Shown here: positions 1 through 6,720 of the stretch, piece after piece
How positions within the stretch are numbered: the stretch's first letter is position 1
Layout: each line of letters opens with the position of its first letter
Virus record (IMG/VR): IMGVR_UViG_3300044715_001089
DNA: 20,000 nucleotides
Source: an uncultured virus (IMG/VR IMGVR_UViG_3300044715_001089)
Taxonomy: Duplodnaviria > Heunggongvirae > Uroviricota > Caudoviricetes
Reading direction: 5' to 3' (one strand)
The notes under the pieces: model-generated
What the model saw: only the letters and a program-made list of their open reading frames with translations
What the model was told of the DNA's origin: nothing
The model's database searches: none
Translations under genes and position numbers: made by a program

Positions 1-160
1 TATTGGCTTCAGGGGATTTAGGTTGAGCAAAGAACCAATTGCTATTGACTTCCTTAGAAGAGCAAGAAGCTTTGTGTCTCCAACCATTTTCATTAGCAGA
101 AATAATATTAAAGTCATCTAGCTTTTTAGAGCCTTTTGGTTTTCTACTAGTTTTTTTCAA
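1..160 (-). CDS. whiB: WhiB-family Fe-S transcription regulator, N-terminal part (runs off the window)
   Basis: Not in the ORF track. My translation from TTG at 160, with GGAG SD upstream, is MKKTSRKPKGSKKLDDFNIISANENGWRHKASCSSKEVNSNWFFAQPKSPEAN. W-R-x-x-A-x-C...(W)FF matches the WhiB N-terminal motif; the remaining Cys residues would lie outside the window. Confidence 0.75.
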   Translation of the reverse strand, partial: MKKTSRKPKGSKKLDDFNIISANENGWRHKASCSSKEVNSNWFFAQPKSPEAN

Positions 161-431
161 CAACTTCTCCAGATTTGATTAACTCAATTGATTGATTGAT
201 TTTTTTGTTTAATGATTCAAGGATTGCACTAGTTTCTTGTAGCGCATCCAATGTTGATTTGGAATCTTTACTTTGCATATACTCAACAACAGAAGAAAGA
301 TTTATGAGAACTTGTTTGGGCATCCAAATAATTTCTTTGAATAAAGAATAGATATCGTTATAATTATTCAGTATAACATCATGTTCATTGATGACTGAAT
401 TAATTATATCATCTAATTGTTCGGATTCCAT
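147..431 (-). CDS. hypothetical protein (helical)
   Basis: 94-aa ORF with ATG and AAAGG SD; overlaps the start of the whiB-like ORF. Confidence 0.7.
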   Translation of the reverse strand: MESEQLDDIINSVINEHDVILNNYNDIYSLFKEIIWMPKQVLINLSSVVEYMQSKDSKSTLDALQETSAILESLNKKINQSIELIKSGEVVEKN

Positions 432-449
432 AAGAACCTTTCGGTAAAG

Positions 450-526
450 TGCGGGTGACGGGATTTGAACCCGCGTGCCACCAACTACCCTTTCTACACT
501 TTATAAGAGTGAGGGGATACACCCGC
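450..526 (-). ncRNA. non-canonical tRNA-like RNA, anticodon TAT (Ile-like), rearranged D-arm
   Basis: Acceptor stem GCGGGTG/CACCCGC plus discriminator A; T-arm GCGGG-TTCAAAT-CCCGT; hairpin CACT-CTTATAA-AGTG; D-loop-like TAGTTGGT lies 3' of the anticodon arm. Confidence 0.75.
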
Positions 527-569
527 TTGATAAGCTGGGGTAGTATCGGTGGTTATTCGAAAGTCTAAT

Positions 570-857
570 TTAAATGATAGATGCTTTGTCATTGTATCTC
601 GGTAATGGTTGTTGTGCGGTTATAAAACAAAGAGCCTCTTTACCTCGTGGAGTAATAGTATACTGTTTGTTTTTGCAAATAGCAAATTGCTGATCAATTA
701 AATTGTTAAGCAAATCCTGAACATCATAAGAAGAATCAAACTTATTAGGATTAAATGTATAAATATCTTTTTGAGTTGAAGGTCTAGAATTTTTCATCTT
801 TAAATATTTTAATACTAGATGAATGCTAGAATCTCTTTTGATATTAATTATAGTCAT
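570..857 (-). CDS. putative winged-helix DNA-binding protein
   Basis: 95 aa; LLNNLIDQQF...YTITPRGKEAL resembles a wHTH recognition helix, wing and final helix. Confidence 0.55.
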   Translation of the reverse strand: MTIINIKRDSSIHLVLKYLKMKNSRPSTQKDIYTFNPNKFDSSYDVQDLLNNLIDQQFAICKNKQYTITPRGKEALCFITAQQPLPRYNDKASII

Positions 858-1101
858 CGTATTCTTCTTCTTCCTTAGGCATAAAAGATTTTCTGGTATA
901 GAATCGTTGTCTTAACCATGGATTAAACCTATGGTAAAGTCCACCCATAGTATTTTTATAAAGAACAAGTGCATCAATATGATCTGACTCACTGAGCTTT
1001 TTATAATATACTTCAAGAACTTTCATTCTCATACTCAAAGGAGGATGTTTAATGCTCTGCTTGTTTTGAAATGACATATTAGCAAATCCTAAATCCGCCA
1101 C
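844..1101 (-). CDS. hypothetical protein
   Basis: 85-aa ORF overlapping both neighbours; start uncertain. Confidence 0.55.
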   Translation of the reverse strand: MADLGFANMSFQNKQSIKHPPLSMRMKVLEVYYKKLSESDHIDALVLYKNTMGGLYHRFNPWLRQRFYTRKSFMPKEEEEYDDYN

Positions 1102-1561
1102 AATTTTGCAAGAATAGTTGGAACTCTACGAGAAGATCATAATCCATATGGTAATGAGTAGCAAAGTTAGCTACTTTTAAAGTACCTTGGCAAGAGTTAC
1201 ATTGTTTAGTAACACTCTGTTCTTGACCATTAGCATCTGCTTCTTTCCAAACACGAACACCTAAGCCTTCACAATACTTGCAATCATCCAATGGAAGAGA
1301 ATCCATGTGGGCTTTGTATTGTTCAATATATGCTTTTATAGTTCCATCTTCTAAATCTTTTTTTAAAAGTTTAGCAAGAGTTATAGAGTCTTTAGCACTT
1401 AAACCTGCGCCAGAATTATCATGGGGGCTTTCGCACTTAGAACAAATAGTAGGGTGGAGTTGGTCTAAACAATCCCACATAGGATGCCAGTACCATACGT
1501 TGGCACGAAAGTATTCACCAAGTTCGTTCTTTGGCTTATTGCCATAGACGTCCATACCCAT
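1079..1561 (-). CDS. phage protein with DnaJ-type zinc-finger motifs
   Basis: CKYCEGLG and CNSCQGT (CxxCxGxG-like) motifs; AGGAG SD. Confidence 0.75.
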   Translation of the reverse strand: MGMDVYGNKPKNELGEYFRANVWYWHPMWDCLDQLHPTICSKCESPHDNSGAGLSAKDSITLAKLLKKDLEDGTIKAYIEQYKAHMDSLPLDDCKYCEGLGVRVWKEADANGQEQSVTKQCNSCQGTLKVANFATHYHMDYDLLVEFQLFLQNCGGFRIC

Positions 1562-1576
1562 TTGGGTTCTCCTTAA

Positions 1577-1840
1577 TTAGGCGGTGTAAACATCACCGTT
1601 TTGTTGTATCTTTGCATCTTCATAAGGTGCTGCAATTCTACGATAAAGTTCAAGTTTTGCGCATTCTAATACGCCAATAGCTTCATTGATACTAGAATAG
1701 TTTTTACCATGACTTGAAATATAATGATCAACTATCTTGGTAATGAAATAGTTTAACTCACCTGGAGTTTGTATTGCATTATTTTTAAAAGAAATCTTTT
1801 CATCAAAAAAGCTTCTATCAGATTGTTCAATATATGGCAT
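1577..1840 (-). CDS. conserved phage protein, DUF6899-like
   Basis: Pattern MPYI...GELNY...[10 protein letters not shown]...PYEDAKI..NGDV recognised from memory. Confidence 0.7.
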   Translation of the reverse strand: MPYIEQSDRSFFDEKISFKNNAIQTPGELNYFITKIVDHYISSHGKNYSSINEAIGVLECAKLELYRRIAAPYEDAKIQQNGDVYTA

Positions 1841-2037
1841 TAGTTACCTTCTTGAAATGCGGACCAAACATCTACCTCATCGAGTGATAGATCTTCAGGT
1901 TTGATTTTTAATAAGAGTCTATTCTTAAGACTAACTACTCTAGTAGGATGTTTTTCAAAACCATTATTAACTAAGTAGTTCTGTAAAGCGTCGACAAGAA
2001 GATCTACATCTTCACGGTTTAAATTATATCTTGGCAT
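1840..2037 (-). CDS. hypothetical protein (65 aa, MPRYNL...)
   Basis: Start moved to ATG 2037, which has an AGGA SD; TAATG coupling to the downstream gene. Confidence 0.65.
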   Translation of the reverse strand: MPRYNLNREDVDLLVDALQNYLVNNGFEKHPTRVVSLKNRLLLKIKPEDLSLDEVDVWSAFQEGN

Positions 2038-2038
2038 A

Positions 2039-2194
2039 TTAGTCTTCCTGTTTGGGATAATACCAATTATCAGTAGGGGCGTATGCAATTCGAGAAGCAA
2101 CATAAAATATAAGTATTGCTGCAAACTGCATAACTATAGACTCGGTTAATCCAATATAGAATAACCAAATATAGGTGAATAAAAGATTTATCAT
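2039..2194 (-). CDS. small hydrophobic/membrane protein (51 aa)
   Basis: MINLLFTYIWLFYIGL...; ATG lies 2 nt after the tRNA 3' end. The longer ORF-track start falls inside the tRNA. Confidence 0.45.
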   Translation of the reverse strand: MINLLFTYIWLFYIGLTESIVMQFAAILIFYVASRIAYAPTDNWYYPKQED

Positions 2195-2196
2195 AG

Positions 2197-2270
2197 TGGG
2201 CCTTCCCGGACTCGAACCGAGGACCAAGGCGTTATGAGCACCCTGCTCTAACCAACTGAGCTAAAGGCCC
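2197..2270 (-). tRNA. tRNA-Ile2 (CAT, lysidine type); elongator Met not excluded
   Basis: GGGCCTT/AAGGCCC acceptor, TAGCTCAGTTGGTTAGAGCA D-arm, GGGTG-CTCATAA-CGCCT anticodon arm, GGTTCGAGTCC T-arm; CCA not encoded. Confidence 0.9.
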
Positions 2271-2271
2271 G

Positions 2272-2386
2272 TAGGACAGTTGTGACCACCTTATCTGGGG
2301 AGAAAGGTGGATTGGTATATTCACTTTGTGGACGGGCCAGTCGTAAACGAGTGGGGATCCGTAACAATGGGGACTGTAAGCTCCCG
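2272..2386. ncRNA. candidate structured RNA just 5' of tRNA-Ile2
   Basis: GC-rich island with CCACCTT/AAGGTGG hairpin, ACGG..CCA.TCG/CGA.TGG..CCGT hairpin and closing ACAGTTGT/ACA(bulge)ACTGT stem. Confidence 0.4.
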
Positions 2387-2406
2387 AAATAAAATGCCTA
2401 GAGCAA

Positions 2407-2607
2407 TTAAACTCTTCCGGCAGTTACAAAATAACTACGAACTTCTGCAGTTAGAAACATAAGAGAAGGTTGATCGTACTTATCGTACTCAACTTCTGTC
2501 TCTAGTCTATCCCGAAGTTCTTCTGTAATCAGTTGAACTGCATCTGCATCGTCTTGAAATTCACCAGGAATATCCATGGTTATTTCAGCTGTAAATTTAA
2601 TTTTCAT
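2407..2607 (-). CDS. hypothetical acidic protein (66 aa, MKIKFTAE...)
   Basis: ATG 2607 with AAGG SD, directly after the csp stop. Confidence 0.65.
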   Translation of the reverse strand: MKIKFTAEITMDIPGEFQDDADAVQLITEELRDRLETEVEYDKYDQPSLMFLTAEVRSYFVTAGRV

Positions 2608-2617
2608 AACTACCTTA

Positions 2618-2818
2618 TTAGAGTGGGCGGACGTTCTTAGCTTCCATGCCTTTTTGGCCTTGACCAACTTCAAACTCTACTTCTTGACCGGTAGCCAAAG
2701 AACGGCGACCTGTACCTTCGATGTTTGAGAAGTGAACGAATAAATCGTCACCGTTTTCACGTGAAATAAAGCCGAAGCCTTTTTCATCATTGAAGAATTT
2801 TACTGTACCTTTGTTCAT
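2618..2818 (-). CDS. cspA: cold-shock protein (CSD)
   Basis: [16 protein letters not shown] (RNP1), DLFVHFS (RNP2), [12 protein letters not shown]. Confidence 0.97.
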   Translation of the reverse strand: MNKGTVKFFNDEKGFGFISRENGDDLFVHFSNIEGTGRRSLATGQEVEFEVGQGQKGMEAKNVRPL

Positions 2819-2851
2819 TATATATCTTTCATTTGTTTCTAATATTTATTA

Positions 2852-2860
2852 AGTATAGCA
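2852..2860 (-). promoter_or_regulatory. extended -10 promoter (TG-C-TATACT) upstream of csp
   Basis: TGCTATACT about 34 nt upstream of the ATG; the same pattern occurs upstream of the rpf leader. Confidence 0.5.
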
Positions 2861-2870
2861 TAGATTAGAT

Positions 2871-3026
2871 CTACTGGGGGACTGGCTCTTCTTGAGCCAG
2901 AAGATAAAGCCTAATATCAAGAAGAAGATCAGTCATTTCATTGGTGGAAACAAGATCTCTACCTGATATATCTTTAATAGCTTTATCTATGAGATTAGTT
3001 GCTAGTTGTTTAGGAGTTGCTTCCAT
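2871..3026 (-). CDS. hypothetical protein (51 aa, MEATPKQLATNLIDKAIKDISGRDLVSTNEMTDLLLDIRL...)
   Basis: Below the ORF-track cutoff; GAGGG SD; open frame translated by hand. Confidence 0.65.
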   Translation of the reverse strand: MEATPKQLATNLIDKAIKDISGRDLVSTNEMTDLLLDIRLYLLAQEEPVPQ

Positions 3027-3086
3027 TGTGTTTACCCTCTAACTTTTGGATTTGTATTGTATATAGTACAGACACATCTTTAATAG

Positions 3087-3159
3087 TGCGCCCTCCGGGG
3101 TTCGAACCCGGGACACATGGATTAAAAGTCCACTGCTCTACCAACTGAGCTAAAGGCGC
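3087..3159 (-). tRNA. tRNA-Lys (TTT)
   Basis: GCGCCTT/AGGGCGC acceptor, GTGGA-CTTTTAA-TCCAT anticodon arm, GGTTCGAACC T-arm; no CCA. Confidence 0.95.
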
Positions 3160-3284
3160 TTGTTTTCAGTTGCTTTGCGAGCAGATTCAATCATCTCTTT
3201 AATTTCTTTATCTTCTTCATGGAACCCAATAAAAGTTAAGATGCCCCACAAAGAACCAATAGCAATGATTACATAAGCTATCAT
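3150..3284 (-). CDS. small single-TM protein (44 aa, MIAYVIIAIGSLWGILTFIGF...)
   Basis: TAATG coupling with the upstream gene; stop codon lies in the first 10 nt of tRNA-Lys. Confidence 0.5.
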   Translation of the reverse strand: MIAYVIIAIGSLWGILTFIGFHEEDKEIKEMIESARKATENKRL

Positions 3285-3472
3285 TATAAGTATGGTTGAT
3301 TCTTAGATGTAAGGTTTTTAAAATTCTTACGCTTTTTTATCTTATAGCCATTAGCTTTAAGTTCATCAACTATCTGTTCTGGTATACCATACCAAACAGT
3401 AATGCCATTACGAGTTAAAACATGAGCAATAATGTCTAGCTTATCTTTAACATGCATTTTAATGTAAGTCAT
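3284..3472 (-). CDS. hypothetical basic protein
   Basis: 62 aa, AAGGA SD, ATGA overlap with the upstream ORF. Confidence 0.65.
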   Translation of the reverse strand: MTYIKMHVKDKLDIIAHVLTRNGITVWYGIPEQIVDELKANGYKIKKRKNFKNLTSKNQPYL

Positions 3473-3603
3473 TCGTAATATCCTTGATTTCTAGTGGGAA
3501 CTCCATAAGGAGTCTGATGCATTTTATTGTATGATTTATGACGTTGTCTAGCTGTTCGTTTAAAACGAATACGGATAATAAGTTGTTTAATAGAATGAAT
3601 CAT
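3469..3603 (-). CDS. small basic protein (44 aa, MIHSIKQLIIRIRFKRTARQRH...)
   Basis: Translated by hand; AAGGA SD; ATGA coupling. Confidence 0.55.
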   Translation of the reverse strand: MIHSIKQLIIRIRFKRTARQRHKSYNKMHQTPYGVPTRNQGYYE

Positions 3604-3605
3604 AT

Positions 3606-3695
3606 TCAGTCCTTATATTTATAAGCATCATATATAATGCAAAGTATTGTTCCACCAACAATTGATATGCACATAGTCATAGCAAAAAAGTTCAT
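3606..3695 (-). CDS. possible 29-aa hydrophobic peptide (MNFFAMTMCISIVGGTILCIIYDAYKYKD)
   Basis: Fills the gap, has an AAGG SD and one TM-like stretch. Confidence 0.35.
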   Translation of the reverse strand: MNFFAMTMCISIVGGTILCIIYDAYKYKD

Positions 3696-3724
3696 AAAAA
3701 ATACTGCCTTTAAATTTAAATTAA

Positions 3725-3840
3725 TTGATGGTAGGTAACGGGGCGATATGGGGCCACTAGTATCGTTACTTTTAGTTAGCAATTCACACCGGCTTATTTC
3801 TGCGAAAATCGCTTAGTAGGAATTTACCAGCTACCATCAA
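3725..3840. ncRNA. structured RNA candidate A of a tandem pair
   Basis: Perfect 10-bp closing stem TTGATGGTAG/CTACCATCAA; inner GTAAC/GTTAC stem around GGC-GATATGGG-GCC. Confidence 0.6.
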
Positions 3841-3847
3841 ACTTATC

Positions 3848-3946
3848 TAGCTAGTAGTAGTTACGGGGAATATAGGCCCACGTGCTGTGTGTAACTATTA
3901 ATATCGTTCCGAATTCCAAATAGTAAATCGAACACGCTACTAGCTA
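3848..3946. ncRNA. structured RNA candidate B of a tandem pair
   Basis: Perfect 10-bp closing stem TAGCTAGTAG/CTACTAGCTA; inner TAGTTAC/GTAACTA stem around GGG-AATATAGG-CCC. Confidence 0.6.
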
Positions 3947-3951
3947 AAATC

Positions 3952-4248
3952 TTAAGAAGAAAAATCAACGTAAGTTACGTTGTCATTATTGTTGTGCAAA
4001 TTTTGAGGATCATAAACAAGAACTTTAGAGACAGCTTGTTTGTAGTTCCTCCATGCAGGGTGATTTAACTTTTCTTCAGGAATGTCATCGCCATATTCTC
4101 CCCGATGAATAAAAAGAAATCTTCCATCTGGGAACATGAAATCTATTCTATAACCATCAGCAGCCATAAAAGCCTCTAATGATTCTTCTAATGTTTTGTG
4201 TTCTAATGTCACTCCTTCGAGTGACCGTGTTCCAAATGTAATAGTCAT
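3952..4248 (-). CDS. hypothetical protein
   Basis: 98-aa ORF with ATGA overlap to the upstream gene. Confidence 0.7.
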   Translation of the reverse strand: MTITFGTRSLEGVTLEHKTLEESLEAFMAADGYRIDFMFPDGRFLFIHRGEYGDDIPEEKLNHPAWRNYKQAVSKVLVYDPQNLHNNNDNVTYVDFSS

Positions 4249-4457
4249 TTAATATACTTCCATTTATCTATTCCAGGGATAAGACCTAATGCAGATCCGT
4301 TATCCCAATCAACAAAGACTGTACCAATATCATCTATATAAGATATAGTTCCTTTGGTACCAGGTGTCATTGGGGTGAACTCATCAGTGCAATCAACAAG
4401 TTCTATCCTTCTACCAATAAGAGAAGACATCTGTGCTTTAATTATTTGACTGTCCAT
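4245..4457 (-). CDS. DUF4314-family protein
   Basis: GRRIELV...D...PGTKGTI..IDDIGTVFVDWDNGSALGLIPG.D signature. Confidence 0.85.
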   Translation of the reverse strand: MDSQIIKAQMSSLIGRRIELVDCTDEFTPMTPGTKGTISYIDDIGTVFVDWDNGSALGLIPGIDKWKYIK

Positions 4458-4460
4458 ATA

Positions 4461-5693
4461 TCAAATCTTAATGTTAGGTGTAAAAGTCACAGGGATAGAT
4501 CTTGGACCGACTACTGATTCGTAAGCTTCTTTATAAAGAACTTCTCCAGTAATTTTATAATCTGGCATTCTTTTTGCAACAACTTTCATACATTCCTGCA
4601 TTTGAGCTCGTGCTAAAGAAGCACCGAGACAGTAATGAATTCCACCACCATAAGACAGGGTAATGCCCTTTGTTGCTTTACGATCAAGAATAAATTCAGA
4701 TGCGTTTTCAAAAGCTAAGTCATCGTAATTATTAACACCCAATGCTGGGGAGATAATTGTTCCCTTAGGGAATAAGACTCCATTGTATTCAATGTCTTCT
4801 GAAGCAATTCTCATTACATATTTAAAAACAGAATCTAAGCGAGTAGACTCTTCTATTATATCTTCAACATTTAAATCATTGGCTAACATCGATATTAAAT
4901 CTGGTCTCTCAGATAGCATAACTGCTATAAGACCAAGCTGTGCTCTAGTCGTATCCATGCCTGCCATCAGAACTACTTGGATAAGAGATTGTATTTCTTG
5001 ATCTGATAATTTTTGACCATCAAATTCTGCGTCAATTAACATAGAAACAAGGTCATTGCCTTTGTTTTCTTTTTTGCTGATGATTAAATTATTAGTATAT
5101 TGATCTAATTCATTTTGAGTATTTAATATAACTTCGCTATGGTGTTCAAAGTTTCCACCAAATGTTTTGAAGGTATCATCAGCCCATTGACTAAACTTCT
5201 CCCAATCTGAATTGGGGACTCCTACTATCTTAGAGATAATGTATGATGGATACTTGTTGAATACATCTTTTTGCAAATCGCATTGACCGCTTTCGATGAC
5301 ATCATTAAGAACTTGATTGATAGCATCTTGCATGTCTGGTCGAAGAAGCTCAGCTGTCTTTGGTGAAAAAACTGGAGCAATTATCTTTCTGAGTCTTGAA
5401 TGATCTTCGCCTTCTAAGTTAATTATTAATTTTTTCCTACTCATCTTAATCTCTTCAGTAAAATGAGGATTAAGTTCGCTTAATAAATACAAACCATTGT
5501 GCCATCTCTTGTCTTTCAACATAGCAGCAGAATGCTTGTGGTCTAAAATCACATAAGAAAGTTTTGTTGTGCCAATCCAGTTTTGCTTATGAGCTTCTAA
5601 ACCAATTTTAAATTGATCATAAGTTGTTAAATCAGATTTAATAAGTTTAGGTGGTACATAAGGAAGATCTAGTTCAGATACTAGAATAGACAT
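4461..5693 (-). CDS. cytochrome P450 (soluble bacterial type)
   Basis: HSRLRK (C-helix), AGMDTT (I-helix), EESTR (ExxR), YGGGIHYCLG (heme Cys ligand); 410 aa; AAGGA SD. Confidence 0.96.
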   Translation of the reverse strand: MSILVSELDLPYVPPKLIKSDLTTYDQFKIGLEAHKQNWIGTTKLSYVILDHKHSAAMLKDKRWHNGLYLLSELNPHFTEEIKMSRKKLIINLEGEDHSRLRKIIAPVFSPKTAELLRPDMQDAINQVLNDVIESGQCDLQKDVFNKYPSYIISKIVGVPNSDWEKFSQWADDTFKTFGGNFEHHSEVILNTQNELDQYTNNLIISKKENKGNDLVSMLIDAEFDGQKLSDQEIQSLIQVVLMAGMDTTRAQLGLIAVMLSERPDLISMLANDLNVEDIIEESTRLDSVFKYVMRIASEDIEYNGVLFPKGTIISPALGVNNYDDLAFENASEFILDRKATKGITLSYGGGIHYCLGASLARAQMQECMKVVAKRMPDYKITGEVLYKEAYESVVGPRSIPVTFTPNIKI

Positions 5694-5711
5694 AAAATGT
5701 TTCCTTAAATA

Positions 5712-6185
5712 TTAATTGGAGTTAGAAAGATAAAGGTTAAGATCACCTTTATATTCATCGCAAATATAAGTGATAGCTCCAAAGATTACTGAAGCATACA
5801 AAGCAGCATCGGTTTCGCCAGAAGAACTATTTGAAAGATAACCTACGATATAAGGAATTGTTCTACCATTATCTAAGGCAGAACAAATAGTATCTCCATA
5901 TTCAATAAGAGAAGCTTTAGTAATTGTATTAGCTTGACCAGAGTTATTATAAACATGGTCAAGATAAGCTTCATACTTGTTGACAACTGGAGCTGGAGCA
6001 TAAGTTTGCACTGGGGCAGGCGGTGTGGTAACTACAGAATCTGATGTTTTACTCCCAGATGCTAAAAGAATACCAATGAGTAATGCAACAACTGCAATTA
6101 GTCCCATGATAATTCCCATTTGTTTCATACCTGCACCTGGCTTAGGAGCTTGAGGTGTTGGTGGGTCTAGTAAAATATCGTTCAT
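5712..6185 (-). CDS. membrane-anchored DUF732-like protein
   Basis: Start moved to ATG 6185 (AAGGA SD). TM helix, Pro/Thr linker, then YL...G..IC..L..G...AITYIC two-Cys domain typical of actinobacterial DUF732. Confidence 0.7.
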   Translation of the reverse strand: MNDILLDPPTPQAPKPGAGMKQMGIIMGLIAVVALLIGILLASGSKTSDSVVTTPPAPVQTYAPAPVVNKYEAYLDHVYNNSGQANTITKASLIEYGDTICSALDNGRTIPYIVGYLSNSSSGETDAALYASVIFGAITYICDEYKGDLNLYLSNSN

Positions 6186-6214
6186 TTTTTTCCTTATTAT
6201 AGTGTATTGCATAG

Positions 6215-6298
6215 TACCCGAGACCGGACTTGAACCGGTAAGAGGTTGCCCTCCGGGGGGTTTAAGCCCCCTGCGTCTGCCTATTCCGCCACTCGGGC
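6215..6298 (-). tRNA. tRNA-Leu (TAA)
   Basis: GCCCGAG/CTCGGGT acceptor, GGGGG-CTTAAAC-CCCCC anticodon arm, long variable arm GAGG-GCAA-CCTC, GGTTCAAGTCC T-arm; no CCA. Confidence 0.95.
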
Positions 6299-6303
6299 AG
6301 ATG

Positions 6304-6546
6304 TTAGACGAGGTTAGGTTCTAAGACTACGTCTTCGGTGTTTCCTGCATAAAGTATAACATCTTTCATTGACTTATACCAGTCAATAAGATATTCTACT
6401 TTTTCTCCATTAAATTCTCCACCTTCTAAATCTAATACAGATTGGTGTTGTGGAAGGATATTATGAAGGAATTCAAGTGCTGCAATCGTGTCCACGATGC
6501 GGGGGATATCGTCGGGATCTGATCCGACTAAAATGTTAATTGACAT
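6304..6546 (-). CDS. hypothetical acidic protein
   Basis: 80 aa, AGGAG SD. Confidence 0.75.
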   Translation of the reverse strand: MSINILVGSDPDDIPRIVDTIAALEFLHNILPQHQSVLDLEGGEFNGEKVEYLIDWYKSMKDVILYAGNTEDVVLEPNLV

Positions 6547-6720
6547 AAATGTCTCCTATTAATTATAGATTATTTCTTATGTAATCTAATAGACAATCTA
6601 TACAAAAGTATTTGTTAAACTTAATTGACTTTTCAACTTTAGTGGATTTTAATCCACATGCTGAACATGTGTTTTGTATAGATCTAATTTGTTTAATGTG
6701 AATAGATTTTCTATCTTTTT

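Noticed and set aside
2195..2227. ORF-track 5' extensions (2227, and likewise 2124, 2673, 6212, 8726, 13784, 16019)
   Set aside because: They overlap or abut tRNAs, neighbouring genes or RNA stems; downstream ATGs, mostly with better SD motifs, fit better.
2369..2385. Plus-strand hairpin with a CTGTAAG loop resembling a tRNA-Tyr anticodon arm
   Set aside because: There is no T-arm or acceptor stem, and the stem has a mismatch.
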